Of a stretch of DNA of 64,000 bases, positions 1-7,300 are shown piece by piece. The DNA comes from an uncultured Deferribacteres bacterium (GTDB lineage Bacteria; Zhuqueibacterota; Zhuqueibacteria; Zhuqueibacterales; Geothermadaptataceae). The stretch lies in the NCBI GenBank assembly GCA_964014485.1, contig CAXHAT010000006.1:1-64000 (forward strand), read 5' to 3'. The position numbers and the translations under genes were made by a program. Below the pieces are notes generated by a model. It made no database searches. It worked only from the letters and a program-made list of their open reading frames with translations, and was not told the DNA's origin. Positions within the stretch are counted from its first letter, which is position 1. Every line of letters begins with the position of its first letter.

Positions 1-10
1 ATGCAATGGA

Positions 11-44
11 GTCTCGTGGGCTCGGAGATGTGTATAAGAGACAG
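11..44 (+). other. Illumina Nextera read-2 adapter / Tn5 mosaic end (assembly artefact); bases 1-10 are probably an index
   Basis: Exact GTCTCGTGGGCTCGGAGATGTGTATAAGAGACAG at the contig end. Confidence 0.97.
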
Positions 45-89
45 CAACAACAGCATTTTCGCAGAAGTACACCAGGAGTTATTTGAAGC

Positions 90-977
90 ATGCCCAGATT
101 AAATCCCAGCCCCATTCCTTTCGCAGGATGTTTTACCAAGACGCGCGATTTTGCTGAAAGCGGTAAGCTCGTTTTTAGCGGTCTCCCCAGCGACAAGCAA
201 TCCACCTTCCGCTCCGGCGCTCGTCACGCACCTGATAAAATACGAAAAGCTTACGACGGACATTGTTTTCACGCCACAACCGAGACCGGCGTTGATCTGT
301 ACCGTTTCGTCACCGATTTAGGCGACGTAGAGAAAAAGTCGGATTGGGCGCAAACTTTCGATGCTTATCGCGAGTGGGCCAAAAAGCTGTTTCTCGCCAA
401 AAAGGTGCCGTTTTTTGCAGGCGGCGACCATGCGGTGACAATTCCAGTGGTTGAAGCGCTTGCCGCTCTCAAAATTCCAATTCACTTCATCCAGTTTGAT
501 GCGCACCCCGATCTTTACCCTGATTATAACGGAAAAATTCACTCTCATGCTTGTGTAGCCGCGCGTATTCTGGAAATGTCGCATGTTGACAGCGTGACGC
601 AGCTCGGCATCCGCGCGATGAATGCGCAGCAGCAACAGGTGGCCGATCATCACGGCGATCGTCTGCGCATTTTTAACGCCCGGACGATTCAACAAAGTCT
701 GCCTTCCCTTGCCTATTTGCCGGACAACGCACACGTTTATTTGAGCATTGATCTGGATTGTTTCGACCCTGGATGCGCGCCCGGCGTTTCTCATCCGGTT
801 CACGGGGGGCTGAATTCACGTCAGGTGATTAATTTTATCCAGGACATGCGATGGAATTTGGTGGGCATGGACGTGGTGGAACTCAACCCGGAAGTCGACG
901 AACATGATCGCACCGCAATTTTGGCGGCCAAGGTCATGCACGAAGCGATGGGGTATGTCGCGAAGGCGGATATTTGA
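90..977 (+). CDS. speB: Agmatinase / ureohydrolase (arginase family)
   Basis: GGDH, DAHPD, SIDLDCFDP and VELNP motifs; AGGAG RBS upstream. Confidence 0.85.
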   Translation: MPRLNPSPIPFAGCFTKTRDFAESGKLVFSGLPSDKQSTFRSGARHAPDKIRKAYDGHCFHATTETGVDLYRFVTDLGDVEKKSDWAQTFDAYREWAKKLFLAKKVPFFAGGDHAVTIPVVEALAALKIPIHFIQFDAHPDLYPDYNGKIHSHACVAARILEMSHVDSVTQLGIRAMNAQQQQVADHHGDRLRIFNARTIQQSLPSLAYLPDNAHVYLSIDLDCFDPGCAPGVSHPVHGGLNSRQVINFIQDMRWNLVGMDVVELNPEVDEHDRTAILAAKVMHEAMGYVAKADI

Positions 978-1734
978 GCGCGGAGTTCTTTTGCAATGCA
1001 AAGACTTTGACGCTGACTCCTTTGGAACAGACCGCATGATCCGGGGGACTGTCGCCAACATCAAACCCGTTTTGCCGTAGCGCATTCGAATCCCATTTCC
1101 TTGCTTCGACCTTCTGAAGAACGTACGGTTTGTGGAAGACTCGCCCTGAAAAAAGCCTGCCGTTGCCGTAAGCGTAAAGCAAGTACCTTTCGATGAGGAA
1201 AAATTCCAACCCGCCGGGAACGCTTGAAAACGTCTCTCCCATTGGTCGATATAAAAATTCTGAAGTAAAGCCGACCTCGCCTGAATCTCTTTCACACCTG
1301 AAGCGAATCTCGCCGGTTGCAGGCAATTTTTCAGCTTCCATTTTTGCAAAAAAGTAAGGCAGTTTAAAGCCTGCTCGGGCAAGCTTGACGGCCAGGTGCT
1401 GGTTGGCGTCGAGCGAATAAAACCACACGCCAGGGGTTCCGCGGGCGTCATGAACATATGTCCGAACGTTCATCTCCAGAAAATTTGAGACGGGGGGAAT
1501 CGGCGGACAGAAGCGCGGGCGAATGTCCACCATCCAGAAAGGCACGACGCCGACATACGCTTTGCTTTTAAACGTATCAACAAACAATCCTTCCGGCAAT
1601 GTCGATTGGATAACGTGCGGATCAATTTCCCAATGCAGAAACAGCAAATCACGCCATTTTTGGAGCATGACGTGTCTGCCCGCGGCGGGGTTGCTTCTGA
1701 GCGCGAGCCTTTGTTGAATTGTTGGAAACTGCAT
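934..1734 (-). CDS. YqjF / DUF2071 family protein
   Basis: QKWRDLLFLHW, FLEMNVRTYV, PGVWFYSLDA and FLIERY motifs; 3' end overlaps the convergent agmatinase by 44 bp. Confidence 0.88.
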   Translation of the reverse strand: MQFPTIQQRLALRSNPAAGRHVMLQKWRDLLFLHWEIDPHVIQSTLPEGLFVDTFKSKAYVGVVPFWMVDIRPRFCPPIPPVSNFLEMNVRTYVHDARGTPGVWFYSLDANQHLAVKLARAGFKLPYFFAKMEAEKLPATGEIRFRCERDSGEVGFTSEFLYRPMGETFSSVPGGLEFFLIERYLLYAYGNGRLFSGRVFHKPYVLQKVEARKWDSNALRQNGFDVGDSPPDHAVCSKGVSVKVFALQKNSALKYPPSRHTPSLRA

Positions 1735-1761
1735 TGACGGCGAGGATTGAATTCTTTCTTG

Positions 1762-1789
1762 GTAGAGACGCGATGCATCGCGTCTCTAC
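1762..1789. repeat. GTAG-type REP-like perfect palindrome
   Basis: GTAGAGACGCGATG-CATCGCGTCTCTAC, 28-bp perfect inverted repeat between clpS and yqjF. Confidence 0.85.
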
Positions 1790-1793
1790 GTGG

Positions 1794-2144
1794 TTAACCT
1801 TCAATTTCTACAACAAGCTGAATCTCCCGCAAAACCCCCGCAACTTTGAAGCATTTTTGAAACGATCCGGCAAACGCAACCGCCTTGCCGCGAAAATGGG
1901 CTTCAAGCGCAATGTTTTCCGCTTTTTCATCAGTGCAGCCGGTTGCTTTCCTAAGCTGCAGGATCACTTCGTCAAAGCTGTGAATATCATCATTGAAAAG
2001 AATGACTTTCCACGGCGTGTTGAGCCGATCTATCGTTTCTTCATCTATAAAAAGGTCTTCGTCAATTTGGGGCGTTAGGGCGAGGCGCGGCGAAATCCGC
2101 CAGCAGTTTTGCGATAACTTTTTTGTTTGCCGCCGGAAACGCAT
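1794..2144 (-). CDS. clpS: ATP-dependent Clp protease adaptor ClpS (start uncertain)
   Basis: PWKVILFNDDIHSFDEVI...IALEAHFRGKA; the nearest in-frame ATG (2144) lies inside mutY. Confidence 0.85.
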   Translation of the reverse strand: MRFRRQTKKLSQNCWRISPRLALTPQIDEDLFIDEETIDRLNTPWKVILFNDDIHSFDEVILQLRKATGCTDEKAENIALEAHFRGKAVAFAGSFQKCFKVAGVLREIQLVVEIEG

Positions 2145-3186
2145 AGAACGAGAGCTCTTCCGGCTTGACCCATTGCCAATCCGTTGCAGCGTTGAGCATG
2201 GGTTCGCCGCCTCGGTAGAGGCAGTGATAAACGTGCAGCGTAATCCTGAAATGGGTATACGCATGTTTGACCTCCATCAAAAAGTCTCCGACCTCCACGT
2301 CGAGACTAAACTCTTCCTTAATTTCTCTTTTAACAGCTTGTTGCGCCGTTTCGCCCGCTTCAATTTTGCCGCCCGGAAATTCCCACAACCCGCCAAGCAA
2401 ACCTTCTTCGAGGCGCTTATCAATAAAAACATACCCCTCATCCCAAATCACGCCGACGGCAATATCGTAATGCGGCGTTTTTTTACGCACGGCCTTTACC
2501 GGCAAACTTGACGGATCCGGCATGTTGCCGTAAGCTCGGCAAAAATTAGAGACCGGGCACAGCAAACACTTGGGTTTTCGGGGAGAACAAACCGTCGCGC
2601 CGAGCTCCATCACCGCCTGGTTATGGTCGCCCGCCCTGGACGGTTCCAAAAGCGCTTGCGCCGCCTCCTGGATTTGCCGAAGAATTTCAGTTTGTTTCGG
2701 ATAGTCTTCAATTTGAAATAAGCGGGCGAGGACGCGGATGACATTGCCGTCAACAACGGCTTTCTCTTCGCCAAACGCAATGCTCGAAACCGCCGCCGCC
2801 GTGTAAGGCCCTATGCCTTTGATTTGCGTTAACGCATCGTATGTTTCCGGTATAACGCCGTCGTATTTTTCAGCGATTTCCCGCGCCGCCTTGTGCAAAT
2901 TGCGCGCTCTCGCGTAATACCCAAGCCCTTCCCAAGCTTTCAGAACGCCGTCCAGATCAGCGCCGGCGAGTGTTGGTATGTCTGGGAATAATCGTAGGAA
3001 TCGCTCGTAATACTCCAGCACTTTTTTGACTTGCGTCTGCTGGAGCATAACCTCGGAGACCCAGATTTTGTAAGGCGAATTTGTCGTTCTCCAGGGAAGC
3101 GGACGCTTCTCCTCATCGTACCATGACAAAAGCTGTTTTTGGAATACCGCAAGTTTGTCAGGCGCCAGTACTAACTCTTTATTCAT
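2062..3186 (-). CDS. mutY: A/G-specific adenine glycosylase MutY with C-terminal Nudix domain
   Basis: VSEVMLQQTQV, WEGLGYYARARN, HhH GIGPYTA, VDGNV, CSPRKPKCLLCPVSNFC FeS motif, GGLWEFPGG. Confidence 0.96.
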   Translation of the reverse strand: MNKELVLAPDKLAVFQKQLLSWYDEEKRPLPWRTTNSPYKIWVSEVMLQQTQVKKVLEYYERFLRLFPDIPTLAGADLDGVLKAWEGLGYYARARNLHKAAREIAEKYDGVIPETYDALTQIKGIGPYTAAAVSSIAFGEEKAVVDGNVIRVLARLFQIEDYPKQTEILRQIQEAAQALLEPSRAGDHNQAVMELGATVCSPRKPKCLLCPVSNFCRAYGNMPDPSSLPVKAVRKKTPHYDIAVGVIWDEGYVFIDKRLEEGLLGGLWEFPGGKIEAGETAQQAVKREIKEEFSLDVEVGDFLMEVKHAYTHFRITLHVYHCLYRGGEPMLNAATDWQWVKPEELSFYAFPAANKKVIAKLLADFAAPRPNAPN

Positions 3187-3297
3187 AAATGGAGTCGTCG
3201 CGTTTTAATGAGGGCATTAAATTTAGCAGACGGTCAACGGATTACAATACTTTTCTGTTGCGGCGGTTAAGGAGTTGCCCCGCTTCTTAGAAAACAG

Positions 3298-3326
3298 TTG
3301 AAATCCCATTGCGGCTTTTGTATATT
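3298..3326 (+). promoter_or_regulatory. sigma70-type promoter for greA
   Basis: TTGAAA-N17-TATATT. Confidence 0.6.
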
Positions 3327-3331
3327 TTCTT

Positions 3332-3368
3332 TGTGCGCGTTGCCGACGAGGCGGCGCGCACATTTTTT
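3332..3368 (+). terminator. Intrinsic terminator-like hairpin in the greA leader
   Basis: TGTGCGCGTTGCC-GACGA-GGCGGCGCGCACA followed by T6. Confidence 0.6.
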
Positions 3369-3421
3369 ATATGCGCCAAACCAAGCCGGATTTAATAAAT
3401 GAAGATGATTGGAGGAGACGA

Positions 3422-3910
3422 ATGAACGTCTATTATTTTACGGAAAAAGGTTATGAAAAACTTCAAAAGGAGGTCAGGGAAACAGAGCGTTATCTCAAAA
3501 ACGATATCGCGAAAGAGATTGGCACGGCAAGAGATCACGGCGATCTCCGCGAAAATGCAGAATATGAAGCGGCCAAGCAAAAACAGGCCAACTACGGGGC
3601 AAGACTGTCGGCGCTTCAAATGCGCCTCGCAAACGCTCGGGTGATTCGCAAAGAAGATTTGCCCGCGGACATCGTTACCCTGGGTAAAAAAGTTACGATT
3701 CGCAACACCGCCGACAATTCTGAGGTCACTTATTCAATTTTAGGCGACGGCGAGACGGACATTGAAAAAGGCATAATCAGCTACCAGTCGCCAATGGCCA
3801 AGCATCTTATGAAGCACAAAGTCGGCGATGAGGTTGTTGTTAAATTGCCGAGGGGTGAAAAAAAATTCGAAATCCTTGACATCTCTTTCTTCGAAGATGA
3901 CGATGATTAG
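3422..3910 (+). CDS. greA: Transcription elongation factor GreA
   Basis: ARDHGDLRENAEYEAAK and ISYQSPMAK motifs; GGAGGAG RBS before ATG 3422. Confidence 0.96.
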   Translation: MNVYYFTEKGYEKLQKEVRETERYLKNDIAKEIGTARDHGDLRENAEYEAAKQKQANYGARLSALQMRLANARVIRKEDLPADIVTLGKKVTIRNTADNSEVTYSILGDGETDIEKGIISYQSPMAKHLMKHKVGDEVVVKLPRGEKKFEILDISFFEDDDD

Positions 3911-3978
3911 GCGCTTCGCTCACAACTGCCCAATAACATCCTGCTAAAAACTTCCTCAACATACAAATTCCAGTTTTC

Positions 3979-4010
3979 GAGAGCGGTGTCACCCATCGCT
4001 CTCTTTTTTT
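3979..4010 (+). terminator. Rho-independent terminator after greA
   Basis: GAGAGCGGTG-TCACC-CATCGCTCTC plus T7. Confidence 0.8.
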
Positions 4011-4122
4011 GATCTCCATCGCACTCAAAACCCTTCATCGGCGCGAATCTATTGCATCTCCCGCCAAATCGACTTTTTTGTAAAAAAACATTCCCGTCAA
4101 ATTTGAGCGTTTGGAGGAAATC

Positions 4123-7008
4123 ATGAAAAGCCAACCTCGCTATTTTTCAGCCTTATTAAGCGCGTGCTTCTTGCTTGCCTGGATAGCTTCTGCAGGAGCG
4201 CAGCAAAAAAAAGTGCTGGACCACAGCGCCTACGACATTTGGAACAACATCAATGAACGGATGATTTCGAACAACGGGCAATGGGCGATGTTCTCCCTAA
4301 GCCCGCGTGATAAAGATGCTGAACTTCGAATTAAAGGACTAAGTTCAGGACAAAGTTTCGTCGTGCCGCGCGGTGAATCGGCTGCGTTTTCCAACGCCTC
4401 AAGTTTTGCCGTTTTTATGGTTCGCGCTTTCAAAGATTCCGTTAAGCAAGCCAAGCGCGACAAAGTGAAGGATGAAAAAGCGCCGAAGGATTCACTGGGA
4501 ATCATCAATTTGGCGTCCGGTGAAAAATTCATGGCTGCGCGAGTGAAGTCATTCAAAATGCCGAAAGAATCCGGCGAATGGGCGGCTTACCTGCTGGAAA
4601 AAGAGATCAAGAAAAAGGAAGAAGCGAAAGAGAAAGAGAAATCCGAAGGCGAGAAAAAAAGCGAAGAGTCGGGTGAAAAAAAGCCTAAAGACAAAAAGAA
4701 GAAAAAGCCCAAGAAGGAAGGAACCACGCTCGTTCTGCGCAACCTTGAATCCGGCGAAGAGCACCGATTCGAATCCGTCGTTGATTACGGATTTTCCGAG
4801 AACGGCGAGCGCTTGTTCTTCACCGCTTCAAGCAAAGACAGCACAGCCGACGGCGTTTATTTGGTCGAGCCCGGTTCAGGCGCGAAAACGACAGTCTTGG
4901 CAGGGGCCGGAGAATATTTGAAGGCTGAATTTGACAAGTCCGGCAAGCAGTTGGCTTTTGTTTCCAATCGAGACGATTTTCTGGCTGATAAGCCTCTTTT
5001 TCAACTCTACCATTGGCGAGCGGGCGATACTGAAGCCGCCGTCATCGCGCAAGCTGAAGCGAGCGCATTCCCGCCTGAGTGGAGCGTCAGTCAGTACGGC
5101 GACGTTTCCTTTTCGGAAAACGGTAAGCGCATCTTTTTCGGTTCTGCGCCAAAACCGGAGCCGGATCCCGAAGAAGAAACGCCGGAAGACGAAAAAGTTA
5201 AACTCGATATTTGGAGTTGGAATGATCCGCTCTTGCAGCCGATGCAGCTTGTGCGCGCGAAACAAGAACGAGAGCGCAGCTACCGCGCCGTCGTTTATCT
5301 CGACAGCAAGAAAATCGTGCAGTTGGCGGATGAAAACATGCCGGAGATTACTCTTGGCAATCGCGGCGACGCAGACATTGCGGTTGGCCGTTCGAACATG
5401 GCGTATCGCAAGGAAATTTCCTGGGAATCGCCGCGATTCAACGACGTTTATGTCGTCGACTTAAAAACCGGTGAACGAAAAGCCGTAATTGAGAAACTGC
5501 AATCAACGGCAACGCTTTCTCCAAATGCCGGTTACATTTCCTGGTGGGATCGCGATGTTCTGGAGTGGTTTGTTTATGACGTCAAAAGCGGCAAAACTGT
5601 TAACGCGAGCACAAGGATTGAAGAGCGGCTGGATAACGAACTTCACGACTGGCCGTACAAGCCGTATTCTTACGGAGATGCAGGCTGGACGAACGACGAT
5701 AAGCTGTTTTTGATTTACGACAAATACGACGTTTGGGCGCTCGATCCGACCGGAAAGAATGCGCCGCGCAACTTGACCGAAGGCGAAGGCCGGAAAACGG
5801 AAACGCGTTTTCGCTATGTTCGTCTCGATCGTGACGAAAATGGTATTGACGCCTCGAAACCCCTGCTTTTGTCGGCGTTTCGCCTCGACACGAAGGCGGG
5901 CGGATTTTACACAGATCGCATCAAAGGTTCGTCCGCGCCGCACGAGTTAGTGATGATGGATCGCCGCTTTTCCAACCCGCGAAAAGCGAAAAAGGCAGAC
6001 GTTCTGCTTTATTCGCGCTCCAGTTTTGTCGAATTTCCCGACCTTTGGACGAGCGCCGTCGATTTCTCAGGCGCGAAAAAGATCAGCGACGCCAACCCGC
6101 AGCAATCGGAATATTTGTGGGGAAGCGCGGAATTAACCTCGTGGCATTCCGCTGACGGGATTGAGTTGCAGGGCATTCTCTACAAGCCGGAAAAATTCGA
6201 TCCGAGCAAAAAATATCCGATGATGGTGTATTTTTACGAGAAAATGTCCAATGGCCTGCACTCGCATCGTCCGCCCGCGCCCGCGCGTTCGAGCATCAGT
6301 TTTTCATTTTACACCAGTCGCGGCTATGTCGTTTTTGTGCCGGACATTCCGTACCGCGTTGGCTATCCGGGCGAAAGCTGCGTGAACGCTGTTGTGCCCG
6401 GCGTTTTGAGCGTTTTGGAAAAAGGTTTTGTCGATAAGAAACGTATCGGCGTGCAGGGACACAGCTGGGGCGGCTACCAAATCGCTTACTTGATCACGCG
6501 CTCAAATCTCTTCGCCGCCGCGGAAGCAGGGGCGCCGGTTTCGAACATGGTGAGCGCGTACGGCGGGATTCGTTGGGGTTCTGGCATGAGCCGCATGTTT
6601 CAGTATGAACGCACGCAAAGCCGCATCGGCGGCACGCTTTGGGAATACCCGTTGCGCTACATCGAAAACTCGCCGATTTTCTGGGCGGATAAAATCGAAA
6701 CGCCGCTCATGTACATGCACAACGACGAAGACGGCGCTGTGCCGTGGTACCAGGGCATCGAATTGTTCGTCGCCCTGCGCCGCCTGAACCAGCCTGTCTG
6801 GATGCTCAACTACAACGGCGAAGCGCACGGCTTGCGCCAGCACAAAAATCAAGTCGATTTCGCGATTCGCATGCAGCAATTCTTCGATCATTATCTCAAA
6901 GACGCCCCCGCTCCCGTCTGGATGCAGGAAGGCGTTCCGGCAGTGAAAAAAGGCAAAACTATGGGCACGGAACTCGTCACGCCCGATGATCATGGTAGGC
7001 GGAATTGA
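4123..7008 (+). CDS. Secreted S9 family peptidase (prolyl oligopeptidase-like)
   Basis: Signal peptide, beta-propeller region, GHSWGG nucleophile, HNDEDGAV, EAHGL; GGAGG RBS. Confidence 0.93.
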   Translation: MKSQPRYFSALLSACFLLAWIASAGAQQKKVLDHSAYDIWNNINERMISNNGQWAMFSLSPRDKDAELRIKGLSSGQSFVVPRGESAAFSNASSFAVFMVRAFKDSVKQAKRDKVKDEKAPKDSLGIINLASGEKFMAARVKSFKMPKESGEWAAYLLEKEIKKKEEAKEKEKSEGEKKSEESGEKKPKDKKKKKPKKEGTTLVLRNLESGEEHRFESVVDYGFSENGERLFFTASSKDSTADGVYLVEPGSGAKTTVLAGAGEYLKAEFDKSGKQLAFVSNRDDFLADKPLFQLYHWRAGDTEAAVIAQAEASAFPPEWSVSQYGDVSFSENGKRIFFGSAPKPEPDPEEETPEDEKVKLDIWSWNDPLLQPMQLVRAKQERERSYRAVVYLDSKKIVQLADENMPEITLGNRGDADIAVGRSNMAYRKEISWESPRFNDVYVVDLKTGERKAVIEKLQSTATLSPNAGYISWWDRDVLEWFVYDVKSGKTVNASTRIEERLDNELHDWPYKPYSYGDAGWTNDDKLFLIYDKYDVWALDPTGKNAPRNLTEGEGRKTETRFRYVRLDRDENGIDASKPLLLSAFRLDTKAGGFYTDRIKGSSAPHELVMMDRRFSNPRKAKKADVLLYSRSSFVEFPDLWTSAVDFSGAKKISDANPQQSEYLWGSAELTSWHSADGIELQGILYKPEKFDPSKKYPMMVYFYEKMSNGLHSHRPPAPARSSISFSFYTSRGYVVFVPDIPYRVGYPGESCVNAVVPGVLSVLEKGFVDKKRIGVQGHSWGGYQIAYLITRSNLFAAAEAGAPVSNMVSAYGGIRWGSGMSRMFQYERTQSRIGGTLWEYPLRYIENSPIFWADKIETPLMYMHNDEDGAVPWYQGIELFVALRRLNQPVWMLNYNGEAHGLRQHKNQVDFAIRMQQFFDHYLKDAPAPVWMQEGVPAVKKGKTMGTELVTPDDHGRRN

Positions 7009-7041
7009 TGTTCAGCCAAGTTGCGGCTGAGGACTGAGAAA

Positions 7042-7151
7042 CGGAGTGCAAGGCTTGCCTTGCTAATTCTCCGAAGGCATTCTCGATTCAGTTCAACATT
7101 CTAAGACGTTTTGCCGGGCGGGATGAAATGCAAAGCTCGCCTTGCATTTCG
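7042..7151. repeat. REP-like inverted doublet, GGAGTGCAAGGCTTGCCTTGC family
   Basis: CGGAGTGCAAGGCTTGCCTTGC (7042-7063) with a degenerate inverted partner (7130-7151); same unit at 9840, 10274-10295 and 53598-53618. Confidence 0.65.
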
Positions 7152-7300
7152 ACGCCATTCCGCAAAGAACGTGTTCCTCAAGTTGTGTTGAAACCATTTT
7201 CGATCATAAAAAATCAAACTTTCATTTGCACTTCCGCGCAGGTGCTGATACGTTTCTGAAGTTTGGCGTGTAATTGGTTTCAACACTTCATGGAGGAAGC

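Noticed and set aside
26..44. Tn5 mosaic end as a genuine transposon end
   Set aside because: It is embedded in the full Nextera adapter at the contig end, so it is an artefact.
4603..4725. Lys/Glu-rich purine tract in the S9 peptidase as a repeat element
   Set aside because: Ordinary low-complexity linker, in frame, with no repeat unit.
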